A stretch of 64,000 bases of DNA from Usitatibacteraceae bacterium (lineage in GTDB: Bacteria; Pseudomonadota; Gammaproteobacteria; Burkholderiales; Usitatibacteraceae). The stretch is from contig JBGAUM010000002.1 of assembly GCA_044228625.1 (NCBI GenBank), positions 21,056-85,055 on the forward strand. The letters are read 5' to 3'. Both the position numbers and the translations under genes were made by a program. Shown piece by piece: positions 1-8,781 of this stretch (positions within the stretch are counted from its first letter, which is position 1; each line of letters starts with the position of its first letter). The notes beneath the pieces are model-generated. The model was not told the origin of the DNA, did no database searches, and worked only from the letters and a program-made list of their open reading frames with translations.

Positions 1-271
<271 letters not shown>

Positions 272-380
272 TTATTGCGGTGCAGCAAGATTATACGAAA
301 ACCGAAAAGGGGCGCTTTGGGGGCATCCGGGTAAACACGGGACGCGTATGATCAAGCGAATTCAAGGCGGGGTGGATTTG

Positions 381-2508
381 ATGAGAGCGAACTTTAGGGC
401 TATTTGGGATTTTTGGATCTTGGTCATGGCACTCACGGTGACATTGATACCGTTGCAATCCCCTGCAGCCGTTCACCTCTGGCAAGTGTCAGAGGTTTAC
501 TCGAATTCCACTGGCACGCTTCAGTTCATTGAATTTTCGACGCAGTTCGGCGGTCAGCAATTCACTGCCAATGCACAAATTCAGGTGTCCAACGGCTCGT
601 CGACCAACACGTTTACCATCCCAAGCAATTTGCAAGGCGACACGACGAACAAGCGATTCCTGATTGGAACGGCCGGCATTCAGGCGGCGGGAGGGCCTGC
701 GCCAGACTTCATCATTCCCAATGGATTCCTGTTTCTCACCAACGGAACCATCACTTTCTTTGGCGTCAATAGCGGCCCTTATGGCGATCTTCCGATTGAT
801 GGATCGTTGTCGAAGGCGATGGGCGTGAATGGCGCCACCGCGATCAACTCGCCCACCAATTTCGCTGGCGCCACAGGTACGATCGTACCGCCTGCTATGC
901 CGCCAGGGGCGCCGCAAAATGTAGTGGCCACCGCCGGCAATGGCCAAGCATCGATTGCCTTCTCCCCGCCTGCAAATAACGGCGGCGCCACGATCACCAG
1001 CTATTCAGTCGCTTGCACGCCGGGTCCATTGACACAATCAGGCCCAGGCAGCCCCTTGGTGGTAATGGGTCTTTCGAATGGCACGCTGTATTCCTGTGCG
1101 GTGCGCGCCACCAATAGCGCTGGGCAAGGTGCAGCGTCAAACGCTGTCAATGTGACGCCATTCGGCCCACCCGATCCGCCCACAAACGTATCGGCAACCG
1201 CGGGCAACGGCGGAGTGTCGGTTGCGTTCACGCCCCCGGCCAACAACGGGGGGGCGGCGGTGGCGTTTTACACCGCCACCTGCTCGGCCGGCGCGCCGAC
1301 CACGGGTGCGGCGAGCCCCATTACTGTCAGCGGCTTGACCGCAGGCGTGGCCGTGACCTGCTCGGTGATCGCGCACAACGCGGCAGGCGTGAGTGTGCCG
1401 TCCGCATCGGCCATGGCCACCCCTTTCGGCCCGCCCAGCGTGCCCCTCAATTTCATGGTGACCCCCCAAGACTCCAGCGTCATGGTGACTTTTAGCCCGC
1501 CCGCTAACGACGGGGGAAGCATGATTGACAACTACACTGTATTTTGCACGTCCCCCGGGGGGGGGGAAACTGAACAGCGGCTTGTCCTCGCCAATCATCG
1601 TTGGCGGCATGACCAATGGCGTGGCCTACGCATGCAGCATGCGGGCCCGCAACGCAGCAGGGTTGTTTAGCCCGTCCACCGCCGAGATCGTCGTCACTCC
1701 AGCCACCATTCCCGGGGCGCCCACGCTCTCCACCCTTGTCCGCGGCGATGGCCGCGTCCAAGTCAATTTCGCCCCGCCGGCAAATGATGGCGGAAGCCCT
1801 ATCTTGTCGTTCGGCGTCAAATGCAACAACGGTGGTGGCGATGTGGTTGTCAATGTTGCGCAATCACCTGCCCTGGTGACGGGCCTCACGAATCTATCGT
1901 CGTATGCCTGCCGGGTTTCAGCGACCAATGCAGTGGGCACCGGGCCAGATTCAACGTCGTCGAACATCGTGCCGGATGCGAGCGTCGCGCCGAGATTGCT
2001 CTCGGCGGTCTACCGGAAATTGCACGGCGTTGCGGGTGAGCGGGATATCCCGATCAATATAGATACCGATGTCGAGGGCAATCCGACGGTCGAATCGCGC
2101 AATGCGGGAACCGGCCATCGCGTGGTGATGAATTTCAATGTGCCGATTACCAGTATTGGCGTGGTGACGCTTACCGACCCGATGGTGGTGGAACTCTGCT
2201 GCGCCAACCCGTCTTACAATGGATTTGACACGACTTTGACGATTACAGGTCTGCCCGCGGTCCAGCGATTGACCGTACTGGTCGACGCCCTCAATGGTGC
2301 GGGTACCGGTACAACATTTCCCATTGCGTTCATGCCCGGCGATGTCACCTCCAGCCGGCGTGTAAATGCAGCGGACATTAGCGCGGTAAAGGCGCGTGGC
2401 GGACCAGTGACTTCTGCGAACGCGCGCTTTGACATCAACCTCGACGGCACGATCAGCTCCAGCGATACAAGTATCGTGAAATCAAAATCTGGAACCATCG
2501 TCCCTTAG
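381..2508 (+). CDS. secreted lamin-tail-domain / 4x fibronectin-III / dockerin-like surface protein, frameshifted at a G10 run (ORF fragments 3..1670 and 1525..2508)
   Basis: Signal-peptide-like MRANFRAIWDFWILVMALTVTLIPLQSPAA (ATG 381, alternative ATG 348). LTD-like segment VSEVYSNSTGTLQFIEFS...RFLIG. Four repeats carry F(S/T/A)PPAN(N/D)GG...Y.v.C...A.N.aG. The C-terminus has DINLDGTISSSD and VNAADISAV dockerin-like loops. The frame changes from +3 to +1 exactly at G10 (1557-1566), and G9 would give one ORF of about 708 aa. Confidence 0.75.
1552..1566. repeat. C5G10 homopolymer tract inside the FN3-protein gene
   Basis: Read directly: tCCCCCGGGGGGGGGGaaac, with C at 1552-1556 and G at 1557-1566. 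Confidence 0.95.
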
Positions 2509-2584
2509 CGCGGGACCGAAAACTCAAGCACTCGCGCGCCGACTTGGCCAAAACTGGCCCAAGCACCTCGCCAGTGCTTGGCTC

Positions 2585-2938
2585 TTACTTCTTCTTCGAA
2601 GGCTCTGCAATCCAACTGGTAAGCAGCGTGATCACGCTGAACATCAGCGAGCCGATCAGCGCGGCCATGAAGCCGGTGACGGTGAAACCCTTCACGATCT
2701 CCGCAACAAACCAGAACAGGAACGCGTTGATGATGAAGATGAAGAGGCCCAATGTCAGCAACGTGACGGGCAGGGTGAGCAGCACCAGCAACGGCCGGAT
2801 GACGGCATTGACCAGCCCCAGCACCAAGGCCGCCATCAGCGCGGCGAAGATACTTTCCACTTTCACCCCGGAATAAAGCCAGGCCACCGCCATCAGGGCG
2901 AGCGCATTGAGGAACCAGCGAACGATCAGAGTAGTCAT
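2585..2938 (-). CDS. small multi-pass membrane protein, 'phage holin family IV'/YvlD-like
   Basis: The ATG at 2938 gives MTTLIVRWFLNALALMAVAWLY..., four hydrophobic helices, and a KKK tail. The track ORF 2585..3064 has an implausible N-terminal extension that overlaps panB. Confidence 0.6.
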   Translation of the reverse strand: MTTLIVRWFLNALALMAVAWLYSGVKVESIFAALMAALVLGLVNAVIRPLLVLLTLPVTLLTLGLFIFIINAFLFWFVAEIVKGFTVTGFMAALIGSLMFSVITLLTSWIAEPSKKK

Positions 2939-3011
2939 GTCAATTGGACGATTTGTTCTAAAACAGCCCGGATAATACCGCGTTGTTTCCCACTCCCGAT
3001 CAGGATTTTCC

Positions 3012-3833
3012 ATGAGTGTCGCCTCGATCCAGAAACGCCTGTCCGTGCCCGAAATCCGTGCCATGAAGGGCCACGCGAAGATCGTGATGCTGACGGCCTA
3101 CACCAAGCCGATGGCGCAATTGCTCGACCCGCATTGCGACATCCTGCTGGTCGGCGATTCACTGGGCATGATTGTCTATGGCCTCGACAACACCATGAAC
3201 GTGTCGCTGGACACGATGATTGCCCACACCCAGGCGGTGATGCGCGGTTCGGACCGCGCGATGGTGATCCTCGACATGCCCTGGGGTAGTTATCAGGAAT
3301 CGAAGGAGCAGGCTTACCGCAACTGCGCCCGCGCGTTGGCCGAATCGCGCGCACAAGCCGTGAAAATGGAAGGCGGCGCGGAGATGGTGGAAACCGTCGA
3401 GTTCCTCGTCGCGCGCGGCATTTCGGTGATGCCCCATATCGGCTTGATGCCGCAGCGCGTGAGTGCCCTGGGCGGCTTCAAGGCACAGGGAAAGGAGACT
3501 GATGCCGCGGAAAAGTGGACGCGCATCGCACGGGACTTCGAAGCGGCGGGGGCGTTCTCGGTGTTGATCGAAGGCACAGTCGAGCCCGTGGCGCGCGCGG
3601 TGGCGGAGTCGGTGTCGGTGCCCGTGATCGGCATCGGCGCTTCGCCGGCTTGTGATGGGCAGGTGCTGGTGACGGAAGACATTTTGGGACTCTTCCCGGA
3701 TTTCACGCCGAAATTTGCCAAGCGTTATATGGATCTTGGGAAGAATGTTTCGGAAGTCGCAGCGAAGTATTCAGAGGAGGTGAGGGGAGGGGTTTTCCCA
3801 TCTTTGGAGCATTGTTTTGGGGTGAAGAAGTAG
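3012..3833 (+). CDS. panB: 3-methyl-2-oxobutanoate hydroxymethyltransferase
   Basis: 273 aa with [21 protein letters not shown] and IGIGAS..CDGQVLV motifs, full length for PanB. Confidence 0.93.
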   Translation: MSVASIQKRLSVPEIRAMKGHAKIVMLTAYTKPMAQLLDPHCDILLVGDSLGMIVYGLDNTMNVSLDTMIAHTQAVMRGSDRAMVILDMPWGSYQESKEQAYRNCARALAESRAQAVKMEGGAEMVETVEFLVARGISVMPHIGLMPQRVSALGGFKAQGKETDAAEKWTRIARDFEAAGAFSVLIEGTVEPVARAVAESVSVPVIGIGASPACDGQVLVTEDILGLFPDFTPKFAKRYMDLGKNVSEVAAKYSEEVRGGVFPSLEHCFGVKK

Positions 3834-3840
3834 CAAGTTC

Positions 3841-4152
3841 ATGAGCATTCAACGTGACCCACTGAATTGGCCGAATGCCCTTCGCGCAGTCATCTGGATC
3901 GTCGTTGTCGTCGCGACCATCAATGACCGGTTTGACGTCGCTGCGACACTGATTGGTCTGCATTTGATTGCTGAGTCTGCTTTGCAATTCTTGAATCCGC
4001 GTATTCCGTACGGTTGGGAAGGTGGCGAACCAAGCGGCTACATAGTTGGAACTCCGGCGCGCATCATTGCGTTGCTATTTGGGCTCGTGGGATTGGCGAT
4101 ACTGGTACTGGGCGGGGACTTTCTGGAGGCGCTTTTTCGCCCTCGAGGATGA
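3841..4152 (+). CDS. hypothetical small membrane protein
   Basis: 103-aa ORF with two hydrophobic helices (VIWIVVVVATI, IIALLFGLVGLAILVLGG). It lies 8 nt after panB and I recognise no family. Confidence 0.4.
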   Translation: MSIQRDPLNWPNALRAVIWIVVVVATINDRFDVAATLIGLHLIAESALQFLNPRIPYGWEGGEPSGYIVGTPARIIALLFGLVGLAILVLGGDFLEALFRPRG

Positions 4153-4199
4153 GGATGTAATTCCGGTGAGGTGCTTTGCCGCCAATTTGTTGTCGCAAT

Positions 4200-4780
4200 C
4201 TGAACTAAGCCGGGGGTTGCCCGGCGGCAACTTCCTTTTCTTGCTCCGCCAAGAAAAGGAAGCAAAGGAAGGCGGCCCCAGCGTCCCCGCCCCGACGATG
4301 AAGCTGTCGGGATTCCCTGCGCTTCTCGAAGCAGCGGGCCGCTTGGTAACTCGCCGCGCGAATATTGCTGGCCCGAAGACGAAGTTCATTCCGCGCGGCT
4401 CAGACATCCCTCGCGGACTACTCCCGTTGCTTCTGCGATGCTCGGCGGGTCCAATGGTGGAAAGGCAAAACTTGCGTACATCCTCGGACATTGCACGAAT
4501 GCATGGTGAATGGGCCATTGGGGTCCCCATTAGGCGGCGCTGAGCAACGGAGCGGGCGCAGGGGATGTCGGCGAGGACTGTCTGAGCGGCGAGCACAAAA
4601 GAGTGGCTTGCGCACCGTTGTGGGTTCGAGCCGCGAGTTCCGCAGCCGCCTTCGCTCGCGAGTAGCGCAAGGAACCCCGAAGGGGCGCCGACTTTGGGTC
4701 GCCTTTTCTTTGGCTACTTTCTTTTTGGCGAAGCAAAAGAAAGTAGCTTGCCGCCGGGCAACCCGCGGCTCGATTCAGCA
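4200..4780. repeat. inverted pair of a ~250-bp structured intergenic repeat (arm A ~4202-4448 forward, arm B ~4533-4777 reverse)
   Basis: The reverse complement of arm B aligns with arm A along its length, for example gccgGgggttgcccggcggcaa vs gccgCgggttgcccggcggcaa. Each arm has a perfect 13-bp hairpin (4231-4243/4250-4262 and 4713-4725/4735-4747) plus a gttgcc/ggcaac hairpin. No credible ORF is present, and the translations (..FFLAKQKKVACRRATRGS..) resemble the junk ORFs these repeat families produce. Confidence 0.8.
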
Positions 4781-4847
4781 TGGCACACACTCAGACTTCC
4801 AGAGTTGCTAAGCGAACGGCGATGACAATACCAAGCCCAAGCTCCGG

Positions 4848-5561
4848 CTAGGGATCCCAACCGCGATACGTCCCCTTGTCCTTCACCGGCTTCGGATACG
4901 CCGGAACAGCACGCGTGGTCCAAGTGGTCACGATGCCTTTGTCGAGCGCGTCCACGCCCTCAAGCTTTTCACACGTCGTGTCGCGCTGGGTGCGTTCTTC
5001 GTCGCCTTTGCACAGTTGCGCAAGTGGTTCGGTGGGGCGGGCGCGCTGCTCGGGGTGGATGAAGCGCAGCAGGCCTTTGCGGTTCTCGAGGCGGATGAAG
5101 CGCTCAACGAAGTCCTCGCGCATCTTGCCGTCGGTCATGTCGAGGAAATAGTCGCCGGTTTTCTTCTTGTTCATCTCGTGCGTCTTCTTGTTGTAGCTGC
5201 CGTGGTAGCCGAGCACGGTGTGGAGGCCCGTTTGTGGCTCGGCAAACTGGCGCGTGACGCCACCCAAGAACATGTTTGCGCAGGCTGAAGAGCAGCGGCC
5301 CAACACCACTGTTGAAAGATTCCGCTTGCGGATGTCCTCGCCGATCTTGCGCCCGGCCTGCGAGTCGCCGCCGCCGGAGTTGTGGAACACGACCGCTTCG
5401 ATCTTGCCGTCGAAGCGAATCATCGCTTCTTCCCAGGCTTCCCAGTCCGAACGTACCACCGTGCCGCCGAGGAACAGATAAGGTGGGCTGGCGTGAAAGC
5501 TCATCGCGTGGGCGACCTGGGAGGCCAGCACGGCAACGGCCGCAAGGACAACGCGCCTCAT
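4848..5561 (-). CDS. hypothetical periplasmic protein (ClpP/crotonase-like, COG3904-type)
   Basis: The ATG at 5561 gives the signal peptide MRRVVLAAVAVLASQVAHA. The motif NSGGGDSQAGRKIGEDIRKRNLSTVVLGRCSSACANMFLGG is present. The start overlaps the hemH stop (ATGA, 5558-5561). Confidence 0.6.
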   Translation of the reverse strand: MRRVVLAAVAVLASQVAHAMSFHASPPYLFLGGTVVRSDWEAWEEAMIRFDGKIEAVVFHNSGGGDSQAGRKIGEDIRKRNLSTVVLGRCSSACANMFLGGVTRQFAEPQTGLHTVLGYHGSYNKKTHEMNKKKTGDYFLDMTDGKMREDFVERFIRLENRKGLLRFIHPEQRARPTEPLAQLCKGDEERTQRDTTCEKLEGVDALDKGIVTTWTTRAVPAYPKPVKDKGTYRGWDP

Positions 5562-6661
5562 GCCGGCGCCCCCATCGCCTTCGCATGTACTGCAGAGTCC
5601 TTCAACGCCGTCGCGTCCGGGGCGCGATCGATCCACCCACCCAAGTTCTCCGTCGCCACTGCCGACAGCGCTTCCACGAACGGCTGCGTGTCATTGGCCA
5701 CTGGAATGTAGTGGTACTCCTTCCCACCGGCTTCGAGATAGACATTCCGGTTCTCAATCGCCAGTTCCTCCAGCGTCTCCAGGCAATCCGCCGCAAACCC
5801 CGGCGCGATGATGTCCAATCTGCGCGTGCCGGCCTTGCCCAGTTTTTCCAGCGTCTTGTCCGTGTACGGCTGTAGCCATTCCGCGCGGCCGAAGCGCGAC
5901 TGAAAGGTGACGGCGTAATCGCCTTCCTTGACGCCGAGTTCGGCGGCAATCAGACGCGCGCTCTTGTGGCATTGGCAATGGTAAGGATCGCCCTTGTCGA
6001 GATGAAACTTGGGCAGGCCGTGGAAACTCATCATGAGCTTGTCCTGCTTGAAATCCGGCCGGCCGATCTTGGTCCATTCGGCCAACACGTTTTTGGCAAT
6101 GGCCCGGATGTAGGCCGGGTGGTCGTGGAAGCTCCGCACAAAGCGAATGCCCGGCACATTGCGCACACCGGCCAACACGCGGCCGATTTCATCCATGGTC
6201 GAGGCGGTCGTGCTCGCCGCATATTGCGGGTAAAGCGGCAGCACCAGGATATTGGCGCAGTTCTGGGCTTTCAGCTGATCGATGCCCGCCTGGATCGACG
6301 GGTTGCCATAGCGCATTGCCACCACGACCGGGAATTTCACGCCGGTTTGCTCGCCCAAATAACCGCGCAGCATTTGCGCCTGACGTTCGGTGATCACCCG
6401 CAGGGGCGAACCGTCCTTCTTCCAGATGTCTTCGTACTTCTTCGCCGTTTTCTTTGGCCGCGTGTTGAGGATGATGCCGTTCAGGATCAGCCACCAAAGG
6501 GGCCGCCAGATTTCCACGACACGTTCGTCCGACAGGAACTGTTTCAGGTAGCGCCGCACCGCCGGCGCGGTCGGCTCGTCCGGCGTGCCGAGGTTGACGA
6601 GCAGGATGCCGGTTTGCGGCGCGGTGCCGTGGGCGTAGGGCGGTTCAGGGCGGAAAGGCAT
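5558..6661 (-). CDS. hemH: ferrochelatase
   Basis: 367 aa with LLVNLGTPD, RYL.QFLSD.RVV, LPLYPQY, SFHG.P and DCLETLEE motifs. Confidence 0.93.
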   Translation of the reverse strand: MPFRPEPPYAHGTAPQTGILLVNLGTPDEPTAPAVRRYLKQFLSDERVVEIWRPLWWLILNGIILNTRPKKTAKKYEDIWKKDGSPLRVITERQAQMLRGYLGEQTGVKFPVVVAMRYGNPSIQAGIDQLKAQNCANILVLPLYPQYAASTTASTMDEIGRVLAGVRNVPGIRFVRSFHDHPAYIRAIAKNVLAEWTKIGRPDFKQDKLMMSFHGLPKFHLDKGDPYHCQCHKSARLIAAELGVKEGDYAVTFQSRFGRAEWLQPYTDKTLEKLGKAGTRRLDIIAPGFAADCLETLEELAIENRNVYLEAGGKEYHYIPVANDTQPFVEALSAVATENLGGWIDRAPDATALKDSAVHAKAMGAPA

Positions 6662-6747
6662 GGCAAACTCAAGGACTGGCGGGGCTTCCAGGCCAAAACA
6701 GCCTTGAAATGCCCGCCGGTATTGGGAGGAAGCGGCTCAGTGCGGGA

Positions 6748-7663
6748 TCAGTGTTGGGACAGGGCCGATGACAGCAACTTTGCCGTCACATCGACAATGG
6801 GAATCACACGCTCGTACGCCATCCGGGTGGGGCCGATGACGCCCACCGTGCCGACGATCTGTCCGTCGACCTCGTAGGGCGCCGTCACCACGGAAAACTC
6901 GTCGAGGGGTACGAGGCTCGATTCCCCGCCGATGAAGATCTTGACGCCTTCGGCACGCTGGCTCATGTCCAACAACTCCATCAATTGCGACTTGCGCTCG
7001 AAGACGTCGAATAGGCGGCGCAGCGACGTCATGTTGGAACCGATTTCATCGACATCCAGCAAGTTGCGCTCGCCGGACACCACCACGCCGGCCGAGTCCG
7101 AGCCCTGGCCGCGTGCTTCGACGACGGCGGACATCAGGGTGGAAATGTCGCGATGCAGCTGGGAGAGTTCGAGCTTGACATGCTCACGCAATTGGTCGAA
7201 TTCCACGCCGGCATAGTGCGCGTTGATGAAATTGGCGGCCTCGGTGAGCTGGGACGGTGTAAACGTTCAAGCCCACGCCCTGCCGGCGCGGGGCCATGAC
7301 GATGCCGGCGAAGTGGGTCAAGTCGGACAGCAATTGCGATGCGGCCAGCACCAGTTGCTTGGGGTCATCCGGGCGAATGCTGGTTTCAAGTTGCTCCATT
7401 TGTACCGGCTCGAGCGGCTGGATGGTCAATAGCGAATCCACAAACAGCCGGTACCCTTTCGGTGTGGGAATGCGCCCGGCCGAGGTATGCGGGCTGGCGA
7501 TGTAGCCCATCTCTTCCAGGTCCGCCATCACGTTACGGATGGAGGCGGGCGACAATTCCATGCCGGAAAATTTGGACAGGGCGCGCGAACCGACGGGTTG
7601 CCCGTCGGCAATGTAGCGCTCCACCAGAAACTTGAGCAGGGTTTGGGCGCGATCAGAGAGCAT
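6748..7663 (-). pseudogene. hrcA: heat-inducible transcription repressor HrcA, disrupted by an out-of-frame internal deletion (fragments 7184..7663 and 6748..7266)
   Basis: The N-terminal fragment [30 protein letters not shown]...[12 protein letters not shown] is intact. The C-terminal part (T)[28 protein letters not shown]...[28 protein letters not shown] lies in another frame. About 30-35 residues of the conserved ..IEFLRLS.KR.LLIIVT..G.VQNR.. core are missing between them. Confidence 0.85.
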
Positions 7664-7870
7664 GGGCAGATGTTAGCGTGAATTGCAACGGGAATGAACG
7701 CTGGTTTGCCGCGCTGCGTTGATGGACCCTGCGGCGGACCGCTACAGCGCGGGCAATTTAGCCGCGTTCCAGCGGCGTTTTGGCGCGAAATAGGTGCGCC
7801 CCGTCAATTTTTCAAGGTCTCGCTTGTGCCAGGCGCTGCAGGGCGCGGAGTCTGTGCTTAAATCCGGCTC

Positions 7871-8755
7871 ATGAACGCACAGGCCAAACATGTCGCGGTG
7901 GTCGCCAAGCACGATGGCGTCGGGGTCGGGGAACCGCTTGGACAGATCGTCCGCCTTTTGAAGCAGCGGGGATACACCGTGCGCGCCGACGACCGGACCG
8001 CCGGGTTCTCCCCCGTGGCACCCGATGAGGTGTTTCCGCGCGAGCCGCTCGATGCCCTGCTCGAGGGTGCGAACCTCGCGGTCGTCGTCGGCGGTGACGG
8101 CACGCTGCTCGGCTGCGCGCGTGTCGCGGCCCGGCACGATGTCCCGGTCATCGGTGTCAATCTGGGCCACCTGGGATTTCTCACGGACCTGTCAGCCGAC
8201 AACATTGCGGAAACCTTGGGTGCCGTGCTGGACGGCAAGTTCACTCGTGAATCGCGCATCTTGCTGGAAGGCGAGATCGAGCGTGACGGCAAGACCATCT
8301 TCCGCTCGGTGGCGTTGAACGATGTGGTGGTCAGCCGCGGCGCCATGGGCACCATGATCGAGATCTCCGTGGAAGTGGATGGCGAGTTTGTCTATTCGGC
8401 GCGGGCCGACGGGATCATCGTGGCCACCCCCACCGGCTCCACGGCGTATGCCTTGTCCAGCGGCGGTCCCATCCTGCATCCGTCCTTGTCTGCAATCACG
8501 CTGGTACCAATTTCCCCGCACACGTTGTCCAACCGACCCATCGCCATTGCCTCCACCTCAGTGGTGAAGATCCGGCTCCTGCACGGCAAGAATGCGCGCG
8601 TGAATTTTGACGTGCAGTCCTTTTTTGACCCGGCCACCGAGAATGTCATCACCATTCGCGCCCACCCGAAGCCGCTCACGCTCATCCATCCGGAGGGGCA
8701 TTCGTACTTCTCGGTCCTGCGCAACAAGCTGCACTGGAACGAGCGGACGTCCTGA
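7871..8755 (+). CDS. nadK: NAD(+) kinase
   Basis: 294 aa with GGDGTLL, NLG.LGFL and ATPTGSTAYALS.GGPI motifs. Confidence 0.93.
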   Translation: MNAQAKHVAVVAKHDGVGVGEPLGQIVRLLKQRGYTVRADDRTAGFSPVAPDEVFPREPLDALLEGANLAVVVGGDGTLLGCARVAARHDVPVIGVNLGHLGFLTDLSADNIAETLGAVLDGKFTRESRILLEGEIERDGKTIFRSVALNDVVVSRGAMGTMIEISVEVDGEFVYSARADGIIVATPTGSTAYALSSGGPILHPSLSAITLVPISPHTLSNRPIAIASTSVVKIRLLHGKNARVNFDVQSFFDPATENVITIRAHPKPLTLIHPEGHSYFSVLRNKLHWNERTS

Positions 8756-8781
8756 GGCGAACCGGCGGTCGTTGAATTTCC

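Noticed and set aside
2585-2938. 'Phage holin family IV' membrane protein as a hint of a prophage
   Set aside because: No phage structural, lysis or integrase genes are nearby. This family (YvlD-like) is widespread as a chromosomal housekeeping membrane protein.
4046-4923. Several 65-173-aa ORFs on both strands in the 4.05-4.92 kb gap
   Set aside because: They overlap each other in all frames, are Arg/Ser/Pro-rich, and coincide with the inverted repeat pair. I interpret them as translations of a non-coding repeat.
7664-7870. Search for a CIRCE operator (TTAGCACTC-N9-GAGTGCTAA) or LexA box in the hrcA / nadK-recN divergent region
   Set aside because: I found no convincing match by eye. Only short, GC-rich imperfect palindromes are present.
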